Below, piece after piece: positions 27,392 to 37,451 of a DNA stretch of 64,000 bases. A model generated the notes under the pieces. That model did no database searches. It was not told where the DNA came from and was given only the letters and a program-made list of their open reading frames with translations. This DNA comes from Dehalococcoidia bacterium. GTDB taxonomy: Bacteria > Chloroflexota > Dehalococcoidia > Plut-88900. The position numbers and the translations under genes were made by a program. The stretch covers positions 384,001 through 448,000 of the forward strand of contig CBDFLQ010000005.1 of assembly GCA_965249275.1 (NCBI GenBank). Direction: 5' to 3'. Position 1 is the stretch's first letter. Every line of letters begins with the position of its first letter.

Positions 27392-28537
27392 ATGGCAGAT
27401 CTGTCCCGTATGGCCGCGATCGTCGGAGTGGATGAGTCCGACGAAATAGGCAAAGTACCCAACAAGTCCCGTCTCCAGCATGGCTCGGAGGCCGCCTTCA
27501 ACGCCCTGGACGACGCCGGTCTTTCTCTCTCGGATGTCGACGGTCTATTCGTCGCCGGCCCGTCCCCCTATAACATGGCCGAGTACATGGGCTTCACCCC
27601 CAAGTACACTGACGGCACCAACGTCGGCGGCTCCTCTTTCGTCATCTACGTGGAGCACGCCCTTGCCGCGATCAGTGCAGGGCTTATCGACGTAGCCCTC
27701 ATCGTGCACGGCGAAGCGGGACGGAGCACTCGGGCCTACGCGGGGGACGACCCCAACATGCCCATCGCACAGTATGAACACCCCTACGGCCTGGTCATCG
27801 AGCCTCACGCTTACTCCCTGGCCTGCACGCGCTACATGCACGAGTTCGGCGAGGAGCGCACTCGCAACGCCCTGGCAGAGATAGCCGTGTCTACCCGTAA
27901 GTGGGCGCAGCTCAACCCCAAGGCCTACATGCAGGACCCGATGTCCATCCAGGACTACCACGACTCCCGCTGGATATCCTGGCCCTTCCACCTCCCCGAC
28001 TGCTGCCTCGTCACCGATGGCGGCGGCGCAACGGTCATCACTTCGGCGGCGGTGGCCAAGAGCACTAAGAAGAGTCCCGTCTGGATCCTCGGGGCAGCCG
28101 AAGGTCACGACCACGGCGAGGGCATCCTGCAGCAGAATGACCTCGCTTCGACTATAGCCAGGGAGACCGGGCCTCGGGCCCTGGAGATGGCGGGTCTCAA
28201 ACACTCCGACATCGACCTCGCCATGATCTACGACTCTTTCACCTATACGGTCCTCATCACCCTCGAGTCCCTCGGCTTCTGCGGAAGGGGCGAGGGCCCC
28301 GACTTCGTCGCTAACCAGCGCACAGCTCCCGGCGGCGACTTCCCAATGAACACCAACGGCGGCGGACTTTCCTACTGCCACACCGGCATGTACGGCATGT
28401 TCCTCCTGCTGGAGGCCACGCGGCAGCTGAGAGGCGAGTGCGGAGATCGGCAAGTCGCGGGCGCCAAGACCAGCTTGGTCAACGGCACGGGCGGCACCCT
28501 GTCCTCCACCGGCACCATTGTCCTGGCCTCCGACTAG
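27392..28537 (+). CDS. SCP-x/Ltp2-like thiolase-fold protein, copy 1
   Basis: GTNVGGSS, DCCLVTDGG, MIYDSFT, NTNGGGLSYCH; AGGAGG RBS. Confidence 0.9.
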   Translation: MADLSRMAAIVGVDESDEIGKVPNKSRLQHGSEAAFNALDDAGLSLSDVDGLFVAGPSPYNMAEYMGFTPKYTDGTNVGGSSFVIYVEHALAAISAGLIDVALIVHGEAGRSTRAYAGDDPNMPIAQYEHPYGLVIEPHAYSLACTRYMHEFGEERTRNALAEIAVSTRKWAQLNPKAYMQDPMSIQDYHDSRWISWPFHLPDCCLVTDGGGATVITSAAVAKSTKKSPVWILGAAEGHDHGEGILQQNDLASTIARETGPRALEMAGLKHSDIDLAMIYDSFTYTVLITLESLGFCGRGEGPDFVANQRTAPGGDFPMNTNGGGLSYCHTGMYGMFLLLEATRQLRGECGDRQVAGAKTSLVNGTGGTLSSTGTIVLASD

Positions 28538-28575
28538 CAGGAACCGGCGAGCTACTTCGTAAGAGGAGAATAAAT

Positions 28576-28986
28576 ATGGCAGACTACAACCTTCCCGTCC
28601 CCGTTCCCCAGCCAGAGTCCGACTTCTACTGGGAGAAGGCCAAGGCCCACGAGCTGTGGTTCCGCAAGTGCAACGCCTGTGACAAGGCCTACTTCTACCC
28701 CCGGGACTTCTGCCCCACCTGTCACACCAAGGACGTTTCCTGGACGCAGAGCAGCGGCAAGGGCTCCATATACGCCTTCACCATCGTGCATCGGTCCCCG
28801 CCCCCGTTCCGCGAAGTGTGCCCTTACGTGGCCGCCCTTGTGGAGCTTGAAGACGGCGTACGAATCCCAACGAACATCGTTATCGACGACCCGACTCCCG
28901 AGAACGTCTCTATAGGGATGGCCGTAGAGATCGTCTTCGACGACATAACCGACGAGATCTCGCTGCCCAAGTTCAAGCCTGCCTAG
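28576..28986 (+). CDS. DUF35 Zn-ribbon/OB-fold protein (thiolase partner)
   Basis: CNAC..FYPRDFCPTC, SGKGSIYAFT, VELEDG, IGMAVE; GAGGAG RBS. Confidence 0.9.
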   Translation: MADYNLPVPVPQPESDFYWEKAKAHELWFRKCNACDKAYFYPRDFCPTCHTKDVSWTQSSGKGSIYAFTIVHRSPPPFREVCPYVAALVELEDGVRIPTNIVIDDPTPENVSIGMAVEIVFDDITDEISLPKFKPA

Positions 28987-29052
28987 CTCCCGCTGCCGGT
29001 TCCTTCTTGGAGTAGCGCAAACGGGGGCCCATCGAGGCCTGGGAGGTGTGAG

Positions 29053-29376
29053 ATGGCGACTCCGCCGTGGAAACGTAAGGCCAAGCGCATGGCTCGCGCC
29101 GGTAAGTCCATCTCGAAAATCGCAAAAGAGGTGGAGGTAGACTATTCGGATGTGTGGGGCTACGTGCGCAATGTCCAAGGCACTGAATTTGCTAGCTGGC
29201 AGGGCGCAAAGCGGATAGTAAATAACCGCCTCAAGGATCTTGTCGATGAAGAGGACCCGGGACAAAGAGAACATCTGACGAAAGATGTGATCCAATGCGT
29301 GAATTATCTATACAAAGAAGCAAGGCGTTTGAGTCGCAAGATTGAGGGTGCCAATAAGGCATCTGACCAAAAGTAG
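29053..29376 (+). CDS. Hypothetical protein with possible N-terminal HTH
   Basis: GGAGG RBS; AGKSISKIAKEVEVDYSDVWGYV. Confidence 0.65.
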   Translation: MATPPWKRKAKRMARAGKSISKIAKEVEVDYSDVWGYVRNVQGTEFASWQGAKRIVNNRLKDLVDEEDPGQREHLTKDVIQCVNYLYKEARRLSRKIEGANKASDQK

Positions 29377-29400
29377 CAGGCACAACTGAGGAGGTCCTTA

Positions 29401-30546
29401 ATGGCTGACCTTTCGAGAAAAGCCGCTATCGTCGGTGTGGACGAGTCGAACGAGATAGGCCGCGTCGCCAACAAATCACGCATGCAGCTCGGCTCTGAGG
29501 CTGCGTTCAATGCCCTTGACGACGCCGGGCTATCACTCTCGGATGTTGATGGACTGTTCATTGCTGGCCCATCTCCCTACTCGATGGCCGAGTACATGGG
29601 TTTCACTCCCAAGTACACGGACGGGACCAACGTGGGAGGCTCCTCCTTCATCATCCACGTAGAGCACGCCCTGTCCGCCATCAACTCCGGCCTCATGGAC
29701 GTGGCTATCATAATCCACGGAGAGGCGGGCCGAAGCACCCGGGCCTATCCGGGAGACGACCCCAACATGTCCGGGGCGCAGTACGAGGATCCCTACGGTT
29801 TCGTCATCGCGCCCCACGGCTATGCTACAGCCTGCTCCCGATACATGAACGAGTTCGGTGAGGACCGGACCCGAAACGCTTTGGCAGAGATCGCAGTCGC
29901 TACCCGGAAGTGGGCGCAGCTCAACCCCAAGGCCTTCATACAGGACCCCATGTCCTTCGAGGACTACCACGACTCCCGCTGGATTTCCTGGCCGTTCCAC
30001 CTCTTCGACTGCTGTCTCGTTACCGACGGCGGCGGCGCTACAGTCATCACCTCCGCGGCTGTGGCCAAGAACACCAAGAAGAAGCCCGTCTGGATCTTAG
30101 GTTCTGCAGAGGGGCACGATCACGGAGACGGCATTGGACAGCAGGCGGACCTCTGCTCGACCATCGCCCGGGAGACCGGGCCGCGAGCCCTTTCCATGGC
30201 AGGCCTCACCCACTCCGACATCGACCTCGCCATGATCTACGACTCCTTCACGTACACCGTCCTCATCACCCTGGAGTCTCTCGGCTTCTGCGGCCGGGGC
30301 GAGGGCCCCGATTTCGTTGCCAACCAGCGCACGGCTCCCGGCGGCGATTTCCCCATGAACACCAACGGAGGCGGGCTCTCCTACTGCCACACCGGCATGT
30401 ACGGCATGTTCCTGCTTCTGGAAGCAACCCGGCAGCTGAGGGGCGAGTGCGGAGACCGACAGGTGCCGAACGCCAAGACCTGCCTGGTCAACGGCACGGG
30501 AGGCACCCTATCCTCCACCGGCACCCTGGTGTTGGCCACCGACTAG
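29401..30546 (+). CDS. SCP-x/Ltp2-like thiolase-fold protein, copy 2
   Basis: Close paralog of 27392-28537 with the same motifs. Confidence 0.9.
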   Translation: MADLSRKAAIVGVDESNEIGRVANKSRMQLGSEAAFNALDDAGLSLSDVDGLFIAGPSPYSMAEYMGFTPKYTDGTNVGGSSFIIHVEHALSAINSGLMDVAIIIHGEAGRSTRAYPGDDPNMSGAQYEDPYGFVIAPHGYATACSRYMNEFGEDRTRNALAEIAVATRKWAQLNPKAFIQDPMSFEDYHDSRWISWPFHLFDCCLVTDGGGATVITSAAVAKNTKKKPVWILGSAEGHDHGDGIGQQADLCSTIARETGPRALSMAGLTHSDIDLAMIYDSFTYTVLITLESLGFCGRGEGPDFVANQRTAPGGDFPMNTNGGGLSYCHTGMYGMFLLLEATRQLRGECGDRQVPNAKTCLVNGTGGTLSSTGTLVLATD

Positions 30547-30564
30547 CCTTTCCTACGAAAACAG

Positions 30565-30601
30565 AAACAGGGGAGTGCTCTAGAGCACTCCCCTGTTTTT
30601 T
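30565..30601. terminator. Bidirectional intrinsic terminator
   Basis: AAACAGGGGAGTGCTC-TA-GAGCACTCCCCTGTTT plus T tract, between convergent genes. Confidence 0.85.
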
Positions 30602-30696
30602 ATATCGGAATATTCGTGGTTAGTTCAGGGAAAATCGGAGAATCAAGAGGTTCGGTGAATAGAGGGCGGGCCAACAGTGAAAACTGTCGTTCCCAT

Positions 30697-30906
30697 CTAA
30701 TCGATCAAACCTTGAATGAAGACCGCCAGCGTGGTGGCAATGGCTACGGAACTGATGACCATACCTACCATCCACCTAATTATGCGAGGCTCGATTTGGC
30801 CAATATCAGCCCTTAGGCGTGACTCAAGACGCGCGAGGTCTTCTTTGGTAGCAAGAGAGTCCAGACGTCCCTCAATATAGCTAACCCGCTCTTCAATAGT
30901 CATCAT
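30697..30906 (-). CDS. Small coiled-coil protein with C-terminal TM (DUF1640-like)
   Basis: LATKEDLARLESRL then IRWMVGMVISSVAIATTLAVF. Confidence 0.7.
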   Translation of the reverse strand: MMTIEERVSYIEGRLDSLATKEDLARLESRLRADIGQIEPRIIRWMVGMVISSVAIATTLAVFIQGLID

Positions 30907-31008
30907 TTTGTATTAGCTTGTGGCCGAGAATATAATCACCCTATAGCACATAAGCCCCACCCGTCAACTCTCTCGTTTGTTATGTCCAGACTTTCGTCGG
31001 CGCCCGGG

Positions 31009-31701
31009 TCAGTTCAGGGAGAATCGGGGGCGCTCCGAGGAGTCGTCCTTACGGCTGCCTCGAGCCTCTTTCTTCCTTCTCTCCGACAAGAAGAGCTCCA
31101 GGCTCAGGTTGGTGGACTGAAGGAGTTTTAGTTCTTCCTCCAGCCGCACTGTAGCGGACGAGGTCTCCAGAAGACCCTGCTTCTCACGCGTCCCGGTCAT
31201 CAGCTCCGCAGCAACGGTGTAAGACAGTCTCTCCGGGTCTTCATCCAGGTCAACCGTACCTTCTCCCATGCCTCGCAAGGAGGCCAACAGCGACCTGTAG
31301 GTCTTGAAGTGGCCCACCACCCGCGTGGTCAGCTCCTCGGGCGCCGACTCCTCCGTCCTCTCCAGCACCTCGATGCTTCCAACCATGTACGGCGTTATCT
31401 GTTGGATGTCTACGATGCGGAAGACCTCTTCTCCGACTGCGCTCACGAGCATACGGCCGCCGCCCTGCGGGACCACGTCCATGATTCTGGCAACCGTACC
31501 TATCTCAAAGGGCACGGCCGCTCCCCCCACTTCCTTCCCGGACTTGATCAGCACTACCCCGAATGTCATGTCCCCTTCCAGGCACTTGTTCATCATCTGC
31601 TTGTACCGCTCTTCGAATACTCGGAGAGGCAGTGACATGCCGGGATAGAGGACCACGTTGAGGGGGAATAGAGGCAGGTCTCGAGGACCGGAGTCGGGCA
31701 T
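31009..31701 (-). CDS. Stand-alone Lon N-terminal (substrate-binding) domain protein
   Basis: LPLFPLNVVLYPGMSLPLRVFEERYKQM, FGVVLI, IGTVARI. Confidence 0.9.
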   Translation of the reverse strand: MPDSGPRDLPLFPLNVVLYPGMSLPLRVFEERYKQMMNKCLEGDMTFGVVLIKSGKEVGGAAVPFEIGTVARIMDVVPQGGGRMLVSAVGEEVFRIVDIQQITPYMVGSIEVLERTEESAPEELTTRVVGHFKTYRSLLASLRGMGEGTVDLDEDPERLSYTVAAELMTGTREKQGLLETSSATVRLEEELKLLQSTNLSLELFLSERRKKEARGSRKDDSSERPRFSLN

Positions 31702-31704
31702 AAG

Positions 31705-32181
31705 CTATCCCTGGGCCGCGGAGTCTGAGGTCTCGCGCTCCGGCATTCGCTTGCTGATCTCGCCTTCTATGAAGGAGAAGTCCTCTTCGGAGAACAGGTG
31801 GACGTTGCCCTGAAAGGCCAGATGCCAGTGCTGCGGAGGCCATCTCTTCACGTATTCCAGGTGCGGTACTATCGTCTTGGCGTCCACGTACGTTCCCGGT
31901 TCGAGGATCAGCTCGGGCTTGATGCCGAACCGGAAGGGGTACTCCTCGCCCTTCTTCTTGCTGTTCCAGATCGGGGCGTGATCTTCGTAGTAGGGCGACG
32001 TTATGGTCGCCGTTCCGCCGAACTGCTGCACGCCGGTCAGGTAATAGAGTACCCGGTCCCCGGGCTCCATCTTCTCCGCCTTCTTCCGGTGCCGGCTCTT
32101 GATCCCCTGTACCAGGAATCCGAGCTCTCGAGAAATCTCGAAGTTCTCCGCTGAGCTAACGATCATCCAGTATTTGGGCAT
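31705..32181 (-). CDS. EVE domain protein
   Basis: KYWMIVSS.ENF, MEPGDRVLYY, YPFRF. Confidence 0.85.
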   Translation of the reverse strand: MPKYWMIVSSAENFEISRELGFLVQGIKSRHRKKAEKMEPGDRVLYYLTGVQQFGGTATITSPYYEDHAPIWNSKKKGEEYPFRFGIKPELILEPGTYVDAKTIVPHLEYVKRWPPQHWHLAFQGNVHLFSEEDFSFIEGEISKRMPERETSDSAAQG

Positions 32182-32218
32182 TTTCGAATACTCCCTTCGG
32201 GCAGTCAGATCAGGCGGG

Positions 32219-33259
32219 CTAGCCGCCTATGTGGTACATCTCCACCTTTTTGGCCCGGCTCCCGGACAACGAGGCCCGATCCTCCGAATACCGGTCCGCC
32301 CTGTGGGCCCAGATACCTTTTATGATATCGGTGAGGTCGGCGTCGCTGGCGCCGGCCCGCAGGGGGCCACGTAAATCGTCGCCCTTCGAAGCGAACAGGC
32401 AGGTGTACACCTTCCCCTCCGCCGAGATGCGGGACCGGGTGCAATCGCCGCAGAACGGGTTGCTCACCGAGGATATAACCCCGATCTCGCCCTTGCCGTC
32501 GGCGTACCCGTAGCGGTCCGCCACCTCGCCCCGGTAGCTCTTGTCCACGGGCTCCAGGGGCATCTCACGGTCGATTATCCCGATGATTTCCTGGGCGGTT
32601 ACCACCTGATCGGAGCGCCACTGGTTCAGGTTGCCCACGTCCATAAACTCGATGAAGCGGAGGATGTGCCCCATATCTTTGACGCGCCTGGTGAGGTCGA
32701 CAATTGTGTGCTCGTTGACCCCCTTCTGGACGACGACGTTGATCTTGATGGGGGCTAGGCCCGCTTCCTCGGCGGCCCGGATACCCTCCAGCACTCGTCC
32801 GGTACCGAAGCCTCGGCCATTCATTTGTCCGAAGATATTGTCGTCCAGAGTGTGCAGGCTAACCGTGACCCGTTTCAAGCCCGCGTCCCGGAGCTGCTGG
32901 GCCTTCTTGGCCAGCAGGAAACCGTTGGTGGTCAGGGCCAGGTCTCCCAGTCCTTCTATCGAAGCCAGCTGAGCCACCAAGACTTCGAGCTGATCTCGGA
33001 GGAGGGGCTCGCCGCCGGTAAGCCGTATTTTGCGGACACCCAGGCCGACGAAGAGTCGGGCCACGCGGCTGATCTCTTCGAAGGTAAGAATGTCGTCTTT
33101 CGGGAGGAACCGGTACCGCTCGCCGAAAATCTCCGCGGGCATGCAGAAGGTACACCTGAAGTTGCACCTGTCGGTGACCGAGATACGCAGGTCTCGCAAC
33201 GGCCTCCCGAAGAGGTCGAGAATCCCGTCTGCCTGCTCTGTGGAAGTGTCTTTACTCAT
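32219..33259 (-). CDS. moaA: GTP 3',8-cyclase MoaA
   Basis: LRISVTDRCNFRCTFCMP, FCGDCTRSRIS..G..YTCLF, C-terminal IGG; start uncertain (33259 or 33298). Confidence 0.95.
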   Translation of the reverse strand: MSKDTSTEQADGILDLFGRPLRDLRISVTDRCNFRCTFCMPAEIFGERYRFLPKDDILTFEEISRVARLFVGLGVRKIRLTGGEPLLRDQLEVLVAQLASIEGLGDLALTTNGFLLAKKAQQLRDAGLKRVTVSLHTLDDNIFGQMNGRGFGTGRVLEGIRAAEEAGLAPIKINVVVQKGVNEHTIVDLTRRVKDMGHILRFIEFMDVGNLNQWRSDQVVTAQEIIGIIDREMPLEPVDKSYRGEVADRYGYADGKGEIGVISSVSNPFCGDCTRSRISAEGKVYTCLFASKGDDLRGPLRAGASDADLTDIIKGIWAHRADRYSEDRASLSGSRAKKVEMYHIGG

Positions 33260-33508
33260 GCGCTGGAAATGGCTATACCACCCCTCCCCAATCCCCATTT
33301 TACCCCCGAGGGTCGGGGGTGTACAAATTGAGGAACTAGCGTATCAATTTAATTTATCGTGAGGAATCTTGAAGGAATGGATTTAGCGCACTTGTGTAAC
33401 ACATATTTGACATATCCTGATCCCTAACTCAATATTGGATCCACATCCCCCCGCAAAGAGGCCCAACTGCGCCTTCTCCTAATCCCTTTAGTCCTCGCTC
33501 TTCTTTCC

Positions 33509-33985
33509 GTGCCGCTTGCCTGCCGTGACACCGGCTCGGTAGAGATAGTATTGCCCACCCCGGGATCCAATTCCGGGATTGTTGTATACGTCACCGGTGA
33601 AGTGAACAATCCAGGTCTTCAGATCCTTCCCCCGGGCCAGAACCGGCTTCTCCACGCGATAGATGCCGCGGGCGGATTCACTGAAAACGCCGACCAGGCC
33701 AGCATCAATGGCGCACTCATCATCTCCGATCAGGAGCACATTCGCGTTCTCCCCGTTCCCGGCAACACCCCGTCATATAACATCCCCGGCACGCTCGTAG
33801 ACTTGAACGCCGCCTCCTCCGAAGAGCTGCAGACCTTGCCGGGAATTGGGCCTGGGAGGGCTGACGCCATCATCGACCATCGGGAGAGTCACGGCCATTT
33901 CACTCGCATCGAGGACATCCTTGAGGTGTCGGGCATTGGGGAGAAGACGTTCGAGTCGATCCAGCACTTAATCAGGGTACGATAA
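33509..33985 (+). CDS. comEA: Competence DNA receptor ComEA
   Basis: SLBB VYVTGEVNNPG; HhH VDLNAASSEELQTLPGIG and VSGIGEKT; true start may lie upstream. Confidence 0.88.
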   Translation: MPLACRDTGSVEIVLPTPGSNSGIVVYVTGEVNNPGLQILPPGQNRLLHAIDAAGGFTENADQASINGALIISDQEHIRVLPVPGNTPSYNIPGTLVDLNAASSEELQTLPGIGPGRADAIIDHRESHGHFTRIEDILEVSGIGEKTFESIQHLIRVR

Positions 33986-34013
33986 GCCTTCGTATGCCTG
34001 ATCCAGGCTGCCC

Positions 34014-36485
34014 ATGACCCTCGTTTACATCAGCGGGGCTCTGGTTGCGGGCATACTTGCCGGGTCGAAGATTGACCTACTGCCCTGGCCCTTCTTCATC
34101 GCCGCGAGTCTCGTCCTGATTGCGGGCCTTCTCCTCAGAGCGCAGCCAAGAATCATCTATTTGTTCCTGCTCGCTGCGCTGCTCGTAGGCATAGGTCGGG
34201 GCGCGATTGCGCCAGTCTTCGGACCTCCCGAGCAACTCCAGGCCCTCGCTGATTCCTCCGCCATCGTGGTTTCCGGTGTAGTCGTCGACTACCCGGAGTC
34301 ACGAGGCGCCCTCACCCAGTTCCGCTTCTCCATTCAGCGTTACCGCGCCGACGGAGGCTGGGTGGAGGCTTCGGGTCTTCTGCTGGTTAGGGCCAAGCCC
34401 TCCATCCCAATGATCGAGGAGCGGAGCCCTCCCTTCTTTCGCTACGGCGACACCCTGGTCCTAAAGGGGCATCTCGAGCAACCCCCCGTCTTGGAGGAAT
34501 TCGACTGGCGGGAACGTCTCGCACGCGAGGGTGTCCACTACCTCATGCTCCGCCCGGAGGTCGAATTGACTGGTGGTGGAGGGGGTGTGCGTGCCCTCGG
34601 GTGGGTCTACCGAGTGCGGGAGGAGATGGCAGCGTCCCTTGGTAGATCTCTGCCGGAGCCCAGGGCCTCTCTGGCCCAGGCACTGCTGCTCGGTATACGG
34701 GACGGCCTTTCCTCGGAGCTTAGGGAGGACTTTGCCAAGACCGGCACCACTCATCTGTTAGCCATCTCGGGGCTTCACGTGAGCATTCTGGTGGGGTTGG
34801 TGAGTCTAGGCAGTGCCGCTCTACTGGGCAGAAGGGGGCAGATCTACATCGTCATACCCCTGCTTTTCGTGTGGGTTTACGCTGTGCTTACGGGATTCTC
34901 ACCACCGGTGGTCCGAGCGGCCATTATGGCAAGCCTCTACCTGTGGGCCATATTGCTGGGCCGCCAGCGAAGCGGCTTGACTGCACTCTCAGCGGCCGCG
35001 GCGTTAATGGTCACGGTTGATCCCGACCTGCTCGAAGAGGTGTCCTTCCAACTCAGCTTCGTGGCTATGGCCGGTCTGCTTCTGCTAGGCCCGTGGTTCC
35101 GGGCCGGGGGCCTGAGGCTTGTGGCTCGATACTGGGAGCCCGAAGGGGTTGCCGGAGGCGTCGTGAAGTTTTTAGTCGAGGCTTCGGCCATCTCCCTGGC
35201 AGTCATCCTCGCCACCTTCCCTATCATCGGCTTCAACTTCCAGTTCCTTTCGCCCGTTGGTCTGCCGGCCACCGTCCCTGTTCTGCCCGCCCTGCCCTTT
35301 GTCCTTGTCTCCTCTCTCGCAGTGGCCGTTGCTGGTATATTCTCGGAGACTGCGGGACAGATCCTGGCATGGGGAACCTGGCCGTGGCTTTCGTGGATGA
35401 CGGGGGTGATCCGGGCGTTCGCCTGGGTGCCGGGGTTGAAGGTCGACGTCGGGCCCGCCGACCTCTATTTCACGCTGTTCTATTATGCCTTCTTACTCTG
35501 CCTCCTATGGTGGGCGCGGCGGATGTGTCCTCGCGCCCTGGTCCAATCCGAGCTGCCCGAATTCCCGACACTGCGCGCCACCGCCAGCCCAGGCCTCTCG
35601 GCCCTTTTCCGTCAAAAGCGCACTGTCTTCCTCGCCCTTGTCATCATCCTTACTATCGGCGTCTTCTCCGTGGCCGCGGTCCGGCCCACCGAAAGGCTAA
35701 GGGTGACCATCCTCGACGTAGGCCAAGGTGAGTCGATACTCATCCAGGGCCCCGACCGTCTCACCGTGCTGGTAGACGGCGGCCCGAACCCCGCTACCCT
35801 GGTTCTCGAACTGGGACAGCGTTTGCCGCACTGGCAGCATTCGGTTGACCTGATAGTGCTCACGCACCCCGATTCTGACCATCTCTCGGGGCTGATGGGC
35901 CTCCTGGAAAGGTACGACGTCGATCACGTCATCCAATGCGGGGCAGGCTGTACCACAGCGGGAAACGAAGCCGACCTTCTCTCCTGGACGGCCCTTCTGG
36001 GGCGGAGCGGAATCTCACCGCTGGAGGCCGAGGCCGGGACTCGGGTGCTGCTCGGGGAGGACATAGGCCTTCAGGTCCTGCACCCTCCGCCGCGGCCGTT
36101 AGCCGGGACAAGCGCGGATTCCAACAACAACTCGGTGGTGCTCAGACTGGAGTACGGGGACGTCAGCTTCCTGCTCACGGGGGACATCGAGGCCTTCGCC
36201 GAAAGCTACCTGTTGAGACAGGGTGTCCCTTTATCCAGCAGTGTGATGACTGCGCCGCACCACGGCAGCCGATCTTCCTCCACCCCCGAGTTCATAGCCG
36301 CCGTCGACCCTCAACTGGTTGTCATATCCGCTGGCCTCGACAACCGGTACGGGCATCCACACCCCGAGACCCTCGTCACGCTGGCTCAGCATGTTTCGGC
36401 GGAACGTATTCTGATTACGTCGGAGGTCGGGGGTATTCAGATAGAGACCGATGGCACGCGCCTCTGGCTCACGACGGAGAAATAG
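34014..36485 (+). CDS. comEC: DNA uptake channel ComEC/Rec2
   Basis: GTTHLLAISGLHV, SFQLSF, LDVGQG, THPDSDH, NNNSVV, HHGS, YGHPH. Confidence 0.95.
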   Translation: MTLVYISGALVAGILAGSKIDLLPWPFFIAASLVLIAGLLLRAQPRIIYLFLLAALLVGIGRGAIAPVFGPPEQLQALADSSAIVVSGVVVDYPESRGALTQFRFSIQRYRADGGWVEASGLLLVRAKPSIPMIEERSPPFFRYGDTLVLKGHLEQPPVLEEFDWRERLAREGVHYLMLRPEVELTGGGGGVRALGWVYRVREEMAASLGRSLPEPRASLAQALLLGIRDGLSSELREDFAKTGTTHLLAISGLHVSILVGLVSLGSAALLGRRGQIYIVIPLLFVWVYAVLTGFSPPVVRAAIMASLYLWAILLGRQRSGLTALSAAAALMVTVDPDLLEEVSFQLSFVAMAGLLLLGPWFRAGGLRLVARYWEPEGVAGGVVKFLVEASAISLAVILATFPIIGFNFQFLSPVGLPATVPVLPALPFVLVSSLAVAVAGIFSETAGQILAWGTWPWLSWMTGVIRAFAWVPGLKVDVGPADLYFTLFYYAFLLCLLWWARRMCPRALVQSELPEFPTLRATASPGLSALFRQKRTVFLALVIILTIGVFSVAAVRPTERLRVTILDVGQGESILIQGPDRLTVLVDGGPNPATLVLELGQRLPHWQHSVDLIVLTHPDSDHLSGLMGLLERYDVDHVIQCGAGCTTAGNEADLLSWTALLGRSGISPLEAEAGTRVLLGEDIGLQVLHPPPRPLAGTSADSNNNSVVLRLEYGDVSFLLTGDIEAFAESYLLRQGVPLSSSVMTAPHHGSRSSSTPEFIAAVDPQLVVISAGLDNRYGHPHPETLVTLAQHVSAERILITSEVGGIQIETDGTRLWLTTEK

Positions 36486-36488
36486 ACC

Positions 36489-37421
36489 CTACCTGAACCG
36501 AGGCAGTACCGTTTCGGCGAACTTTTCGTAGTCGGCCTTTACCTCTGTCAGGGGGCGGGCTGCGTTTAGCACGAAGTGGGTTACCCCAACCTTCATGTGG
36601 TCTTCGATGGTCTGGACGCAGTCGTCGGGAGTTCCGACCAGGATGGCCCGGGGGTCGGGGAGGTGGGGCTCAAAGCCGTACCGCTGGGCGAGAGTTGTCC
36701 TCACCGTCTCCAGAGCGCTCTCTCGGCTTTCGCCCATAGCGAAATATAGGTGCACTGCCTTCGTTATCCTGGAGGTATCAGTTCCGTACTTGTCGGCGTA
36801 GCTTTCTATGCGGTCCCACAGCCGGACGTATTCCTGCACACCCGGGTTGCTAGGCACAAACCCCTGGCACCATCTCGCCGCCCGACGCAATACGCCTTCA
36901 GCCTCGCCACCCGCCCATAGCGGCGGGTGCGGCTTCTGTACGGGAACCGGGCCCATCTCGATGTCTTCGAAGGAGTGGAACCGGCCCTTATGGCTTACGG
37001 GCTTCGCTGTCCACAGCTTGGTCATTATCTCCAGCATCTCGTCGGTAATGGCCCCCCGCTGCCGAGGGTCGACGCCGCATACTGAAAACGCATCCATCCG
37101 GGAATTCGATGACCCGCCTACCCCCACCCCCAGCACAACCCGGCCCTCGGAGAGAAAGTCCAGGGTCGCCGTCTCCTTGGCCAGGATGGCCGGGTTCCTC
37201 AGCGGCGCGAGCACGACGCACGTCCCAACCGTCAGCTGCTTGGTGTGCTGCACGAACGCGCCCAAAGCCAACATGATGTCTAGGGCCGGCATCTCGTTTA
37301 CCAGGCCCTCGGTGACCCACAGAGAGTCGTAGCCCGCGTCCTCGATGGCATGGGCGAACTCGGGTATCGGGACCACGGGATGCAGTCTGCTGTAGATTAC
37401 ACCGAACTTGGGGTCGGGCAT
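36489..37421 (-). CDS. Luciferase-like (LLM) flavin/F420-dependent oxidoreductase
   Basis: GYDSLWV, LAKETATLDFLSEGR, PVQKPHPPLW. Confidence 0.9.
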   Translation of the reverse strand: MPDPKFGVIYSRLHPVVPIPEFAHAIEDAGYDSLWVTEGLVNEMPALDIMLALGAFVQHTKQLTVGTCVVLAPLRNPAILAKETATLDFLSEGRVVLGVGVGGSSNSRMDAFSVCGVDPRQRGAITDEMLEIMTKLWTAKPVSHKGRFHSFEDIEMGPVPVQKPHPPLWAGGEAEGVLRRAARWCQGFVPSNPGVQEYVRLWDRIESYADKYGTDTSRITKAVHLYFAMGESRESALETVRTTLAQRYGFEPHLPDPRAILVGTPDDCVQTIEDHMKVGVTHFVLNAARPLTEVKADYEKFAETVLPRFR

Positions 37422-37451
37422 TTACGTCTCCTGTAACTCTTTAGCCCCTGG

